DNA of 62,930 nucleotides from Candidatus Benthicola marisminoris (GTDB lineage Bacteria; Gemmatimonadota; Gemmatimonadetes; Palauibacterales; Palauibacteraceae), in contig JAMJQR010000033.1 in NCBI GenBank assembly GCA_023554335.1, positions 1 to 62,930 on the forward strand, written 5' to 3'. Both the position numbers and the translations under genes were made by a program. The first letter of the stretch is position 1. Every line of letters starts with the position of its first letter. The notes below the pieces were generated by a model. It ran no database searches. It was not told where the DNA came from and saw nothing but the letters and a program-made list of their open reading frames with translations. Shown one piece after another: positions 39,395 to 50,247 of the stretch.

Positions 39395-40972
39395 ATGAGC
39401 GACGCAGCCAGCCAGATCTCACTTACCATTGATGGGGTCGACGTCACGGTCGAGGCCGGGACGACGGTCCTGCAGGCCGCGGAACGAGCGGGCGTCGTCA
39501 TACCGCACTACTGCTACCACCCGGGCATCCCGAGTCGGCCGGCACAGTGCCGTATGTGCCTGGTGGAGGTGGAAGGTCAACCGAAGCTCCAGCCATCCTG
39601 CGTCTTCCCGGCGGGCGACGGAATGGTGGTGCACACGACCAGCGAGACGGCCGAGACTGCGCGGCAATCCGTCATCGAATTCCTGCTCCTGAACCACCCG
39701 CTCGACTGCCCGATCTGTGACGCCGCCGGGCAGTGCATGCTCCAGGACTATGCGTTCGAGACGGGGCAGCTGAGAAGCCGATACGCCGAGGCCAAGATGG
39801 TCCTCGGGCGGGACCGGGTCGCGGACGACATCCTCTATTTCGGTGATCGGTGCATCGTGTGCACGCGCTGCGTCCGCTTCATGGAAGATGTCGCTGGCGA
39901 CAACGCTCTGGTGGTCGCCCAGCGGGGCCACAAGGCGTACATCGACACGTTTCCCGGCAAGGATCTCGACCACGAGTTCAGGGGCAATATCGTCGATGTA
40001 TGTCCGGTTGGGGCGCTCGTGCACGAGGACTTCGTGTTCAAAGCCCGGGCCTGGGACATGGATTCGGCGCCCGGGATCTGCCCCGGCTGCTCGACTGGCT
40101 GCAACATCGACATCGACGCCAAGGAGAACCAGATCGTCCGCACGAAGCCACGCTTCAATCCCGACGTCAACTCGTACTGGATGTGCGACACGGGCCGGCG
40201 GACGCTGGTGATGGCCAATCGAGGCGTGCGGGCGGAAGCGCCCCTGATCCGTCGCGAAGCGGAGCTGGAGCCGGCCAGCTGGAATGAGGCGCTGGAATGG
40301 CTGGCGGGTCGCCTCGGAGCTGAGGGCGGAGTTGCCGTGGTTTCTGCGGCCGCGTCGAACGAGAGCCTGTTTTACACCCGGCAGCTGCTCGACCGAATGG
40401 GCATATCCGGCGGCTCCTTCGAGGTGCCCCTTGGCGACGAGGTCACCCTCTCGGGCTTCCCGAGGCTCAAGCTGCGAGCGGAGCGCGTTCCGAACGCCAC
40501 GGGGGCTGAAGCGATGGGTTTCGGCCGGTCGGAGGGGCTGCCCGAGGTGGAAGACGGAGCCCAACTGGTCGTGCTCGGCGACGCCCTGTCAGGTGCGCCG
40601 CCGGAGTACGGACGGAACGCGGGGATGTTTCTGTACATCGGCTCGCACATGTACCCGGCGGCACACAACGCGACGGCTGTGCTTCCGGCCTCGACGGTCC
40701 CGGAGATGGACGGCAGCTTCGTTAACTACGAGGGCCGCGTGCAGCGATTCCACCGGGCCCTCCGTTCGCCGGGCGTGGCGCGGCCGCCATGGATGTTCCT
40801 CGGCCGTCTTCTCGAGAAGCTCGGGGGCGCCGCGGGCGTGGGCGAGGTGAGCGACGCGTTCGAGGCGATGGCAGCGGGAACCCCGGGAATGACGGCACTC
40901 ACTTGGAGCGGTCTCGGGCTTCGGGGTGAACTTCTCAGCGAGGCCGCTCAGCCGGCCTTCGCGGCGGAATAG
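39395..40972 (+). CDS. nuoG: NADH-quinone oxidoreductase subunit G (short form, 525 aa)
   Basis: N-terminal 2Fe-2S (CYHPGIPSRPAQCRMCLVEV) and 4Fe-4S motifs (HPLDCPICDAAGQC, CIVCTRCVRF), followed by a partial molybdopterin-oxidoreductase-like domain. Confidence 0.93.
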   Translation: MSDAASQISLTIDGVDVTVEAGTTVLQAAERAGVVIPHYCYHPGIPSRPAQCRMCLVEVEGQPKLQPSCVFPAGDGMVVHTTSETAETARQSVIEFLLLNHPLDCPICDAAGQCMLQDYAFETGQLRSRYAEAKMVLGRDRVADDILYFGDRCIVCTRCVRFMEDVAGDNALVVAQRGHKAYIDTFPGKDLDHEFRGNIVDVCPVGALVHEDFVFKARAWDMDSAPGICPGCSTGCNIDIDAKENQIVRTKPRFNPDVNSYWMCDTGRRTLVMANRGVRAEAPLIRREAELEPASWNEALEWLAGRLGAEGGVAVVSAAASNESLFYTRQLLDRMGISGGSFEVPLGDEVTLSGFPRLKLRAERVPNATGAEAMGFGRSEGLPEVEDGAQLVVLGDALSGAPPEYGRNAGMFLYIGSHMYPAAHNATAVLPASTVPEMDGSFVNYEGRVQRFHRALRSPGVARPPWMFLGRLLEKLGGAAGVGEVSDAFEAMAAGTPGMTALTWSGLGLRGELLSEAAQPAFAAE

Positions 40973-40980
40973 GGGGCAGC

Positions 40981-42252
40981 ATGGAGGCGGTCAGCGGAAC
41001 GGCCTTCGTCGTCGCCACGATTCTGAAGACCCTGGTCTTCTTCGTGCTCCTCCTGCTGGGGGTCGCCCTGGCCACCTACATGGAACGGAAAGTCGCGGGG
41101 TTCATGCAGGACCGGAGCGGACCCAACCGCGTCGGGCCGCTCGGCATCCTCCAAGTGATGGCCGACGGCCTGAAGTTCATACTCAAGGAGGAGGTCACCC
41201 CGGGGGCGGCGCACAAGAAGTTCTTCGTGCTGGCTCCGGCGCTCGCCCTCTTTCCTGCCACGGTCCTGTTCGGAGTCATCCCGCTCGGCTCCCCGCTTCC
41301 AACCCCCTGGGGGCGCGTGGACATGATCGTGGCCGATGTGCCCGTCGGCTTCCTCTACGTGCTGGCCATTGCGTCCCTCGCCGTGTACGGCGTGGTGATG
41401 GCCGGGTGGGCGTCGAACAGCAAATACTCGTTCCTCGGAGGCCTGCGGGGCTCGGCCCAGATGATCAGTTACGAGATCGGTCTGGCCATGAGCCTGGTGC
41501 CGGTCCTGATGCTGGCCGGCAACGTGCGCATGCCGGTGCTGGTATCCATGCAGCAGTCCTTCGGGGCAGGTCCGGCGACGTACGGAATGTGGTTCATCCT
41601 CCCCCTGCTGGTGGCGGCGTTCTTCTTCGTCGTCTCCGGGCTGGCCGAGACAAACCGGATGCCTTTCGACCTCCCGGAAGCCGAGGCCGAGATCGTGGGC
41701 GGATACCACACCGAATACAGCTCCATGAAGTTCGGCATGTTCTTCCTCGGGGAGTACTTTCACCTGATCACCACCGCGGCGCTGATCACGGTGTTCTTCC
41801 TTGGAGGCTGGGACATCCCGTTCTGGAGCGGAGATAACGTCCGCGTGCTGGCGGATGGCACGGTGGTGGGAGAGCCCACGTGGTGGAAGACGATTCTCAC
41901 CCTGCTGGCCTTCACCGCCAAGACGGTGCTGCTGGTGGCCTTCTTCATGTTCGTGCGCTGGACGATCCCGCGGTTCCGTTACGATCAGCTGATGGACTTG
42001 GGCTGGAAAGTCTTCATACCGGCGTTGATGGCGTACATCATGTTCATGGCCGTAGCCATCTACGCCCTGGATTCCGCCGGTGTCGAGGTCGGACTCGCCT
42101 TCTCGGCCGCTCTGTTCGGAATCAACCTGTTGCTGGCTCTGTTCCTCCTGTTCCTGGTCGATCGCGGCCGCCTGGTTAAGGGGGCGACGGCCAAGACGCG
42201 AAAGACACCGCGAGCCGCCGCGGCTGCGGCCGCCGGGGCCGAGGGAGATTGA
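40981..42252 (+). CDS. nuoH: NADH-quinone oxidoreductase subunit H (with Ala/Lys-rich C-terminal tail)
   Basis: Multi-TM protein with EYSSMKFGMFFLGEY and RWTIPRFRYDQLM motifs. Confidence 0.95.
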   Translation: MEAVSGTAFVVATILKTLVFFVLLLLGVALATYMERKVAGFMQDRSGPNRVGPLGILQVMADGLKFILKEEVTPGAAHKKFFVLAPALALFPATVLFGVIPLGSPLPTPWGRVDMIVADVPVGFLYVLAIASLAVYGVVMAGWASNSKYSFLGGLRGSAQMISYEIGLAMSLVPVLMLAGNVRMPVLVSMQQSFGAGPATYGMWFILPLLVAAFFFVVSGLAETNRMPFDLPEAEAEIVGGYHTEYSSMKFGMFFLGEYFHLITTAALITVFFLGGWDIPFWSGDNVRVLADGTVVGEPTWWKTILTLLAFTAKTVLLVAFFMFVRWTIPRFRYDQLMDLGWKVFIPALMAYIMFMAVAIYALDSAGVEVGLAFSAALFGINLLLALFLLFLVDRGRLVKGATAKTRKTPRAAAAAAAGAEGD

Positions 42253-42253
42253 T

Positions 42254-42751
42254 ATGCCGGGAGAAGTAAGAGTCGTCGAGAGGCCGGAGAGCGAGAGCTC
42301 GTATGTCCGGGCCATGACCAAGGGGCTCGGAATCACGTTCCGCCACTTCCGGAATCCCGATAAGCCGACGCAGCAGTATCCCGATGAGAAGTGGGAGCTC
42401 GGTCCCCGCTGGCGCGGGACGCATCGAATGGCGGTCCACGAGGACGGCCGAGCCAAGTGCGTGGGTTGCGGCCTTTGTCCCACGGTGTGCCCGGTCAACT
42501 GCATCAAGTTGATACCGGCGGAGGACGAGAACGGGGAGCGGTACGCGGCGGTCTACGAGATCGACGAGTTCCGCTGCATCTTCTGCGGCTACTGCCAGGA
42601 AGTATGTCCCGTGGAGGCGATTCACCTAGGGGTCCACTACGAGAACGCCGAGTACAGCCGGGAGCGCTGGGTCTATGACCTGGCCCGGCTGTGCGAGAAT
42701 GACCATCCGGTCACGGCGCTCTGGGATCCCGCCGACCCATCGTCCGAATGA
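42254..42751 (+). CDS. nuoI: NADH-quinone oxidoreductase subunit I
   Basis: Two ferredoxin-type motifs, CVGCGLCPTVCP and CIFCGYCQEVCP. Start at ATG 42254, one nt after the nuoH stop. Confidence 0.95.
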   Translation: MPGEVRVVERPESESSYVRAMTKGLGITFRHFRNPDKPTQQYPDEKWELGPRWRGTHRMAVHEDGRAKCVGCGLCPTVCPVNCIKLIPAEDENGERYAAVYEIDEFRCIFCGYCQEVCPVEAIHLGVHYENAEYSRERWVYDLARLCENDHPVTALWDPADPSSE

Positions 42752-43275
42752 TCGTAGACTTCTTCTTCGTGTTGTTCGCTGTCATGGCCGTCGGAGGGGC
42801 CGCCGCTATGGTGCTCGCCCGCAATCCCGTCGCGAGCCTCCTCTACCTGGTCATGTCGTTCTTCGCTCTCTCTGGGATCTTCATTCTTCTCGACGCCCAT
42901 TTCATAGCGGCCGTAAACGTTATCGTCTACGCGGGCGCGATTCTGGTTCTGTTCCTCTTCGTGATCATGCTTCTCAATCTCGGCCCGTCGAAGCGTCCGG
43001 ATCTCCGGGGGACGATGTACCGCATGCTCGGGATCGCCGCGGCGGGCGCCGTGTTCGGGCTCCTTCTGATCACCCTGCGGGATGGGCACACGACGTCGAT
43101 GGCCGGCGGAATGGGACAGGCTACCATGGACGCGATGCTGCAGTCCAGGGGCGCCGTCGGCGTGATCGCGGAGCCCATGTTCCGCAGCTACCTCGTGCCG
43201 TTCGAGATTACCTCGCTGCTCCTGCTGGTGGCCATCGTCGGGGCCATCGTGCTGGCGCGCCGACGAGCACCGTGA
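42748..43275 (+). CDS. nuoJ: NADH-quinone oxidoreductase subunit J
   Basis: 175-aa hydrophobic protein in the conserved operon position ([17 protein letters not shown]). ATGA overlap with nuoI. Confidence 0.92.
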   Translation: MIVDFFFVLFAVMAVGGAAAMVLARNPVASLLYLVMSFFALSGIFILLDAHFIAAVNVIVYAGAILVLFLFVIMLLNLGPSKRPDLRGTMYRMLGIAAAGAVFGLLLITLRDGHTTSMAGGMGQATMDAMLQSRGAVGVIAEPMFRSYLVPFEITSLLLLVAIVGAIVLARRRAP

Positions 43276-43282
43276 GTCCGGG

Positions 43283-43582
43283 ATGGATATCGAAACCTAT
43301 TCACTGATTCTCAGCGCGCTTCTGTTCGCGATCGGGACGGCCGGCGTGCTCCTGCGCCGGAACGCGATCATCATGTTCATGTGCATCGAGCTGATGCTGA
43401 ACGCCGTGAACCTGACGCTGGTCGTGTTCTCCCGGTCTCTGGGAATCGAAGCCCAGGTGTTCGTGTTCTTCGTCATGGCCGTCGCCGCCGCGGAAGCCGC
43501 GGTCGGGCTGGCCATCATCATCGCCATCTTCCGGCACTACGAGCTGGTGGATGTCGATCGCTTTAATCTCCTGAAATGGTGA
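43283..43582 (+). CDS. nuoK: NADH-quinone oxidoreductase subunit K
   Basis: 99 aa, three TM segments, [11 protein letters not shown] and [11 protein letters not shown] motifs. Confidence 0.94.
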   Translation: MDIETYSLILSALLFAIGTAGVLLRRNAIIMFMCIELMLNAVNLTLVVFSRSLGIEAQVFVFFVMAVAAAEAAVGLAIIIAIFRHYELVDVDRFNLLKW

Positions 43583-45609
43583 ATCTCCTCGAGTCGGTCC
43601 TTCGGGTCGTTCAGCACGCCGAGTCAGGCTACCACCCGGTCCTTCCCGGCCTGATCCTTCTGCTCCCGCTGGCCGGGTTCGTGATCAACGGCCTCGGGGC
43701 ATTCCTGTGGCGGGATAGCAAGCGTATCCCCGGGATCGTAGGCCCCGCTGCGATCATCGGCGCGTTCGGAATCGTGGTGGCGAACTTCCTTGCCATGCGA
43801 GGAGCCTTCCCGCACGATCCGGCCGTCGTGTCACTGTGGACCTGGATGGCCGTCGGAGATCTCTCCATCGGCGTGGATCTTCAGTTCGACCAGCTTTCGA
43901 TTCTCATGATGCTGATCGTCACCGGCGTATCGTCGGTGATTCACGTGTACAGCATCGGCTACATGAGGGAGGACCCGGGCTATTCGAGGTACTTCTCGTA
44001 TCTCAATCTGTTCGTGTTCTTCATGCTGATCCTCGTGATGGGCGCGAACTTCCCGATCGTGTTCGTCGGTTGGGAGGGAGTAGGCCTCTGCTCCTATCTG
44101 CTGATCGGCTTCTGGTACGAGAACCGGGAGTTCGCGTCGGCCGGCAAGAAGGCGTTCATCGTGAACCGGATCGGTGACTTCGGTTTCCTGGTCGCGATGT
44201 TCCTGATCTTCACGCACTTCGGGACGCTGGATTTCGTCGAGGTGTTCGCCGCCGCGCCGGAAACGCTCGTCTACGCCGGCGGAGTCGTCACTCTGATCAC
44301 TCTGCTTCTTTTCCTCGGGGCAACCGGGAAGTCGGCTCAGATCCCGCTCTACGTGTGGCTGCCCGATGCCATGGCCGGCCCCACCCCGGTGTCCGCGTTG
44401 ATCCACGCGGCCACCATGGTGACGGCAGGCGTATACCTGGTGGCGCGCTCGGGGGTCCTGTTCGCGATGGCGCCGGTGTCGCAGGCCGTGGTGGCGGCTA
44501 TCGGGGCGGGCACCGCACTCTTCGCGGCGACGATCGCCACGCAGCAATACGACATCAAGAAGGTGCTGGCCTACAGCACGGTCTCACAGCTCGGCTACAT
44601 GTTCCTCGCCGTCGGGATCGGCGCGTTCACGGCTGGGGTGTTTCATCTGATGACGCACGCGTTCTTCAAGGCGCTGTTGTTCCTCGGGTCGGGCGCCGTG
44701 ATTCACGCCATGCATCACGCGCTTCACCAGGTCCACCGTGACGACGACCCGAACGACATGAGAAATCACGGCGGTCTCAAGAACATGATGCCGATCACGT
44801 GGGCGACGATGTGGATCGGCACGGTGGCGATCGCCGGGATCTTCCCGTTCGCCGGCTTCTTTTCCAAGGACGAGATCATCTGGTACACAGGCACCTACGG
44901 GTATGTCGTCCTGTGGGTCGTGTCGCTTCTGGCCGCGGTGCTCACGGCCGCGTACATGACGCGCCTGATGGTCCTCACCTTCCACGGAGAGAACCGGACG
45001 GGTGCGGACGCGAAGCCGCACCTCAAGGAGGTGCCGGCCGTCATGTGGGTCCCGCTGGCAATCCTGGCCGTACTGTCGGTCGTGGGCGGTTGGATACAGA
45101 TCCCGGAGGCCCTGCCGGGACTGCCGGCGGTCGACGCTCTGCACCACTGGCTCGAGCCGGTAATGGAGCCAGCCCGGCACGTGATGACCGAGCACGGCTT
45201 CCACAAGGCGTACGAGGCGCCGCTTGGTGGCGGCGAGGCGACCTGGGCCATCATCTCGACGGTCGTGGCCCTGATCGTGGTCATCCTGACCTTCCGGGCC
45301 CTGGTGCATCGCCGGTACAGCCCGGCGGCCGAGTCCGAGGCCCCTACGGGATTCGCGGGAATCCTGTACAACAAGTGGTACGTCGACGAGCTGTACGATC
45401 GCGTGATCATCCGGCCGCTCCTGGCCCTGTGGCGCGGATGCTGGAGAATCGTCGATGCGGGCTTGATCGATGGTACCCTGGATGCGATGGCTTCCGGCAC
45501 TCGCATGGTGGGCTGGGTGGGGAGCCTGCTCCAGTCAGGGAGGGTGGCCGGCTACATGTTCTGGTTCGTGACGGGCGTGGTGATCATACTCGCCCTGCTT
45601 CTGCTGTGA
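43576..45609 (+). CDS. nuoL: NADH-quinone oxidoreductase subunit L
   Basis: 677-aa antiporter-like subunit ([46 protein letters not shown]). Confidence 0.95.
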   Translation: MVNLLESVLRVVQHAESGYHPVLPGLILLLPLAGFVINGLGAFLWRDSKRIPGIVGPAAIIGAFGIVVANFLAMRGAFPHDPAVVSLWTWMAVGDLSIGVDLQFDQLSILMMLIVTGVSSVIHVYSIGYMREDPGYSRYFSYLNLFVFFMLILVMGANFPIVFVGWEGVGLCSYLLIGFWYENREFASAGKKAFIVNRIGDFGFLVAMFLIFTHFGTLDFVEVFAAAPETLVYAGGVVTLITLLLFLGATGKSAQIPLYVWLPDAMAGPTPVSALIHAATMVTAGVYLVARSGVLFAMAPVSQAVVAAIGAGTALFAATIATQQYDIKKVLAYSTVSQLGYMFLAVGIGAFTAGVFHLMTHAFFKALLFLGSGAVIHAMHHALHQVHRDDDPNDMRNHGGLKNMMPITWATMWIGTVAIAGIFPFAGFFSKDEIIWYTGTYGYVVLWVVSLLAAVLTAAYMTRLMVLTFHGENRTGADAKPHLKEVPAVMWVPLAILAVLSVVGGWIQIPEALPGLPAVDALHHWLEPVMEPARHVMTEHGFHKAYEAPLGGGEATWAIISTVVALIVVILTFRALVHRRYSPAAESEAPTGFAGILYNKWYVDELYDRVIIRPLLALWRGCWRIVDAGLIDGTLDAMASGTRMVGWVGSLLQSGRVAGYMFWFVTGVVIILALLLL

Positions 45610-45633
45610 CGAACCCAGCAAGCGATTAGAGCT

Positions 45634-47205
45634 TTGGACAATTTCTTCGAGAGTCATTGGGTTCTGAGTCTGCTGATCATCCTGCCGCTCGCGGGATCAG
45701 TAGCCTGCCTGGCTGCGCGTGAAGAGCTGGCCCGTCACGTGGCCTTCGGAACCAGTGTGATCGCGTTCTTGATCTCACTGCCGCTTTTCTGGACGTTCCG
45801 GTCGGGCACGGCTGCCATCCAGAACTACGTCTCCGTGCCGTGGATCGAGGCCTGGGGAATCGGCTACACCGTCGGCATCGACGGGATCTCCCTGCTCATG
45901 GTGTTGCTGACGACGTTCGTGACGCCTCTCGCGATACTGGGTTCCTACACGTACATCCAGCGAAACCAGAGGGCGTACTACGCCATGCTGCTACTGTTGC
46001 TGGCGGCGATGATCGGCGTGTTCGTGGCTCTGGACCTTTTCCTCTTCTTCCTGTTCTGGGAGATCATGCTCATCCCGATGTATTTCATCATCGGGGTGTG
46101 GGGTGGTAAGCGCCGGATCTACGCGGCGGTGAAGTTCTTCCTGTTCACGGCCATCGGCTCGCTGCTGATGCTCGTCGCGATCCTGGTGATGGTCTACCTC
46201 TACTACCGCCAGTTCGGAATCATCACCTTCGCGTACAACGACCTGGTTCAGCTTCCGATCGCTCGCGACTTGCAGTTCGTTCTCTTCGCGGCCTTCGCCC
46301 TCGCGTTTGCGATCAAGGTACCGCTGTTTCCGGTTCACACCTGGCTGCCGGATGCTCACGTCGAGGCTCCCACGGCCGGTTCGGTGATACTTGCCGGCGT
46401 GTTGCTCAAGATGGGCACCTACGGGTTCCTGAGGTTCGCGTTGCCCTTCTTCTCGCATGCTGCGACGAGTCCCGCGGTGATCGGTACGGTCATGGTCCTG
46501 AGCCTGATCGGGATCATCTACGGGGCGTGGGTCGCGGCCGTGCAGCCGGACGCAAAGAAGCTGGTGGCCTACACGTCGATCGCTCACCTGGGCTTCGTGA
46601 TGATGGGGCTGTTCGCCCTTACCACGCAGGGGATCCAGGGCGGCATCCTCCAGATGGTGAATCACGGGATCTCCACGGGAGCGCTCTTCCTGCTGATCGG
46701 GATGGTATACGAGCGCCGGCATACGCGCATGATCGAGGACTTCGGCGGCATCGCCAAGGTGATGCCTGTCTTTGCCGCATCGTTCCTCCTCGTGGCGCTG
46801 AGCTCGATCGGACTTCCAGGCACCAACGGGTTCATCGGGGAGTTCCTGATTCTGATCGGCACCTTCCAGAAGTACCCGGTCGTGGCGTTCATCGCGGCGA
46901 CCGGCGTGATCTTCGCAGCCGCCTACATGCTGCCCATGGTGCAGCGCATGTTGTACGGAGAGATCGACAGGGAAGAGAACCGGGCCCTGTCGGACATCAC
47001 CCTGCGTGAGCGGGTCGTGCTCGCTCCCGCCCTGATCATGATCGTGCTGATCGGCGTGTATCCGCAGCCCTTCCTGTCGCGTACTGCCGCGTCGGTCGAT
47101 GCGCTCATCGACCAGGTAGAGCTGCGCGCGGTGGCCGCCCCGGTCGTGGCTGGAGCTTCGGATCTTCGCTTCGACCGGATGCCGATTCTCGGCGCCGATG
47201 AGTAG
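45634..47205 (+). CDS. nuoM: NADH-quinone oxidoreductase subunit M
   Basis: 523-aa antiporter-like subunit (FAIKVPLFPVHTWLPDAHVEAPTAGSVILAGVLLKMG). TTG start. Confidence 0.94.
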   Translation: MDNFFESHWVLSLLIILPLAGSVACLAAREELARHVAFGTSVIAFLISLPLFWTFRSGTAAIQNYVSVPWIEAWGIGYTVGIDGISLLMVLLTTFVTPLAILGSYTYIQRNQRAYYAMLLLLLAAMIGVFVALDLFLFFLFWEIMLIPMYFIIGVWGGKRRIYAAVKFFLFTAIGSLLMLVAILVMVYLYYRQFGIITFAYNDLVQLPIARDLQFVLFAAFALAFAIKVPLFPVHTWLPDAHVEAPTAGSVILAGVLLKMGTYGFLRFALPFFSHAATSPAVIGTVMVLSLIGIIYGAWVAAVQPDAKKLVAYTSIAHLGFVMMGLFALTTQGIQGGILQMVNHGISTGALFLLIGMVYERRHTRMIEDFGGIAKVMPVFAASFLLVALSSIGLPGTNGFIGEFLILIGTFQKYPVVAFIAATGVIFAAAYMLPMVQRMLYGEIDREENRALSDITLRERVVLAPALIMIVLIGVYPQPFLSRTAASVDALIDQVELRAVAAPVVAGASDLRFDRMPILGADE

Positions 47206-47222
47206 ACTGAGAGGATAGATAG

Positions 47223-48764
47223 GTGATCCTGGATTTCAGCTCTCCGATCGACTACCTGTGGGCGTTGCTGCCGGAAGTCGTTCTCGCGGCTACCGGACTC
47301 CTGGTGCTGGTCGTGGATGTGTTCCAGCGTGGCAGCCGGTCCGGTCCGAGCCGCGCTTGGGTGGGCTGGACGGCGGTAGCTGGCGTCCTGCTGGCTCTCG
47401 TGGCCAATGGCTACCTGCTCGAGTTCGAGGCTCCCGGCCGGAGCGGCATGATCGCAATGGACACGTTTCGGATCGCGATGAACTTCGTGATCCTGGGCGC
47501 GACCGCGCTCGGCCTGTTCCTCGCGTTCGACTACTTGCGGCGCGAGGGTATGGATATCGGGGAGTTCTACTTCCTGGTGCTCATGGCAGCCGTGGGCATG
47601 ATGCTCCTGGCAGGCTCGCGCGACCTGATCGTGGTCTTCGTTTCCCTCGAGCTCATGTCCCTGTCCGCCTACGTGCTGACCGGCTTCAACCGGAAGGATC
47701 CCCGCTCGGCCGAGGCAGCGCTCAAGTACTTCCTCATGGGCGCGTTTGCGAGTGGTTTCCTCCTGTACGGTATCGCCCTTCTTTTCGGGGCTACCGGGAG
47801 CACGAATCTGGCCCTGGTCACATCTGAGGTCACCCGCGGTGCACAGGAAGGCAATCTCCTCCTCTATGCGGGCGTGGCGCTGGTGGTAGTCGGGTTCGCG
47901 TTCAAGATCTCCGCAGTGCCGTTCCACATGTGGACCCCGGATACGTATGAGGGAGCGCCCACACCCGTCACCGGGTACATGGCCGCGGGTGTGAAGGCGG
48001 CGGGTTTTGCGGCCTTGCTCCGGATCGTGACGGTCGAGCTGGCTCCGGCGGCCGAGGTGTGGACCGAGATTCTCTGGTGGCTCGCCGTCCTCACCATGAT
48101 CGTGCCGAACCTGATCGCTCTGGCGCAGGACAGCGTCAAGCGCATGCTGGCCTACTCGTCTATCGCGCATGCCGGATACCTGCTGGTCGGTGTGGTGGCG
48201 GGCAGCTCGGCCGGGCGATCGGCTGCGCTGCTCTACCTGGCTGTCTACTCCGTCATGACGATCGGGGCCTTCGCGGTCGTCGGACTCGTGGCGGGGAAGG
48301 GCGACTCCCGGACGGGCCTCGCGGACTACCGGGGACTCGGTTGGCGAAGGCCTCTACTCGGTGGACTCATGGTGATCTTCCTCCTGTCTCTGGCGGGTTT
48401 CCCGCCGACCGGCGGATTCATCGGCAAGCTCTACCTGCTCATCGCGGCGGTCGACGCCGGACACGTGGCTCTGGCCGTGATCCTGGTCGTGACCAGCTTC
48501 GTGTCGTACTACTACTACCTCAGGGTGATCTGGAAGATGTACTTCGAGGAAGCGCCTGAGGATGCGGTGCTGCCGGCCGCGCCGGGTGGGGCTTTTCGGC
48601 TTGCCGCCGTGGTCGCCGCCCTCGCGATCCTCGTGTCCGGTCTCTTCCCCGGCCGGGCGATTCAAACGGCAGAAACCGTTGGGCAGGATCTGGCCCCCCG
48701 GCCGGCGACGCCCTTCTCACAGCCCGCGGTCCCCATGGGGGTGCCGGACACGACGACGGACTGA
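47223..48764 (+). CDS. nuoN: NADH-quinone oxidoreductase subunit N
   Basis: 513-aa antiporter-like subunit (FKISAVPFHMWTPDTYEGAPTPVTGYMAAG). GTG start. Confidence 0.94.
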   Translation: MILDFSSPIDYLWALLPEVVLAATGLLVLVVDVFQRGSRSGPSRAWVGWTAVAGVLLALVANGYLLEFEAPGRSGMIAMDTFRIAMNFVILGATALGLFLAFDYLRREGMDIGEFYFLVLMAAVGMMLLAGSRDLIVVFVSLELMSLSAYVLTGFNRKDPRSAEAALKYFLMGAFASGFLLYGIALLFGATGSTNLALVTSEVTRGAQEGNLLLYAGVALVVVGFAFKISAVPFHMWTPDTYEGAPTPVTGYMAAGVKAAGFAALLRIVTVELAPAAEVWTEILWWLAVLTMIVPNLIALAQDSVKRMLAYSSIAHAGYLLVGVVAGSSAGRSAALLYLAVYSVMTIGAFAVVGLVAGKGDSRTGLADYRGLGWRRPLLGGLMVIFLLSLAGFPPTGGFIGKLYLLIAAVDAGHVALAVILVVTSFVSYYYYLRVIWKMYFEEAPEDAVLPAAPGGAFRLAAVVAALAILVSGLFPGRAIQTAETVGQDLAPRPATPFSQPAVPMGVPDTTTD

Positions 48765-48789
48765 GACGAAGCGCTGGACCCTGGACCCG

Positions 48790-48822
48790 CCCCGTCGAGC
48801 CGCCTGCGGTCGGCCGACGGGG
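48790..48822 (+). terminator. imperfect 12-bp hairpin downstream of nuoN
   Basis: ccccgtcg (48790-48797) pairs with cgacgggg (48815-48822). Inner gccg/cggc pairs (48799-48802 / 48811-48814) with one bulge. 26 nt after the nuoN stop. No U-tract. Confidence 0.35.
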
Positions 48823-48860
48823 TGTGCGCTGGAAGACACCTCTCTCACAGATACGAGTCC

Positions 48861-50240
48861 ATGAACGTTTCGAACACGATCTTCAGGGAATACGACATTC
48901 GCGGTATCGTAGACGATGACCTGACCGTGGACGTGGCGTCGGCCGTCGGCCGGGCCTACGCGACTCGCCTCCGCCGTACGGTCGATAAGCCGATCGTCGT
49001 GGTAGGTCAGGATAACCGGCCGAGCTCTCCGGACCTGGCGGAAGCGCTGGCGGCGGGACTGAACGCATCCGGAGCCGACGCCCGCCTCGTGGGCACCGTA
49101 CCGACACCCGCCCTCTACTACGCTGCGCACGTTCTCGAGGCGGACGGCGGTATCCAGATTACGGGGTCGCACAATCCGCCCGAGTACAACGGGATCAAGA
49201 TGATCGTCGGTGACCGGGCCCTGTATGGAAGCGCCATTCAGGAGCTTCGCGAGCTGGTGCAGTCGGACAGCTACGCCGAGGGCAGCGGCCGCACCGATCG
49301 CCTGCAAATCCTCGACCGCTACGCGGATGAAATCGGGCGCAGGGCGAAGGTGGAAGGCCCGGTCCGGATGGTGCTCGATTGCGGCAACGGAACGGGCTCA
49401 GTGATCGCTCCACAGGCACTCGAGGCCGCCGGGATCGATGTCGACTGTCTCTACTGCGAATCCGACGGCACCTTTCCCAACCACCACCCGGACCCCACGG
49501 TGGACGCCAACGTCGTGGATCTGATCCGGCGGGTCCGTGAAACGGGTTCCCAGCTGGGCGTCGGCCTGGACGGCGATGCGGACCGGATCGGAGCCGTGAC
49601 CGAGACGGGAGCCATCGTGCGGGGGGACCATCTGCTGCTCCTGTACGCCCTCGATGCCCTTCCGCGCTATCCCGGGGCGGAGATCGTCTTCGACGTGAAG
49701 TGTTCGCAGGCCCTGCCCGAGATGATCGCCCGTGCCGGGGGAGTGCCGGTCATGTGGAAGACCGGGCACTCGCTGATCAAGGAGCGCATGAAAGAGTCCG
49801 GATCTCCTATAGCAGGTGAGATGAGCGGTCATATCTGTTTTGCAGACAATTACTTTGGCTTTGATGATGCAATCTTCGCGGCCGCCCGTCTCGCGGGCCT
49901 GGTGCAGAGGAGCGGGAAGAACTTCTCGGAGCTGGCGGAGGCCATTCCGGCATACCCGTCGACACCGGAGCTGCGCGTAGACTGTCCGGAGGATCGGAAG
50001 TTCGCGGTAGTCGAGCGGGCCGTTGAGCACTATCGGGCACTTCACCCCGTGAACGACATCGACGGTGCGCGCGTCGAGTTCGAGGACGGCTGGGCGCTGA
50101 TTCGAGCGAGCAACACTCAGCCGGTGATCGTCGCCCGCTTCGAGGCGGATTCCGTGGAGGGCCTCGTTCGCATTCGGGACGATGTGGCGGAGTACCTGGG
50201 ACGAGAGGGTGTTACCGTGCCCGAGATCGCGGGAGTCTGA
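48861..50240 (+). CDS. phosphomannomutase/phosphoglucomutase
   Basis: MNVSNTIFREYDIRG N-terminus, phosphoserine loop TGSHNPPEYNG and metal loop GLDGDADR. The motif distinguishes it from GlmM. Confidence 0.92.
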   Translation: MNVSNTIFREYDIRGIVDDDLTVDVASAVGRAYATRLRRTVDKPIVVVGQDNRPSSPDLAEALAAGLNASGADARLVGTVPTPALYYAAHVLEADGGIQITGSHNPPEYNGIKMIVGDRALYGSAIQELRELVQSDSYAEGSGRTDRLQILDRYADEIGRRAKVEGPVRMVLDCGNGTGSVIAPQALEAAGIDVDCLYCESDGTFPNHHPDPTVDANVVDLIRRVRETGSQLGVGLDGDADRIGAVTETGAIVRGDHLLLLYALDALPRYPGAEIVFDVKCSQALPEMIARAGGVPVMWKTGHSLIKERMKESGSPIAGEMSGHICFADNYFGFDDAIFAAARLAGLVQRSGKNFSELAEAIPAYPSTPELRVDCPEDRKFAVVERAVEHYRALHPVNDIDGARVEFEDGWALIRASNTQPVIVARFEADSVEGLVRIRDDVAEYLGREGVTVPEIAGV

Positions 50241-50247
50241 GGAATCC

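Noticed and set aside
42180-42252. GCC/GCG-rich run (gccgccgcggctgcggccgccggggcc) as a possible tandem DNA repeat
   Set aside because: It is in frame at the end of nuoH and simply encodes an Ala-rich tail (RAAAAAAAGAEGD). There is no unit periodicity beyond codon repetition.
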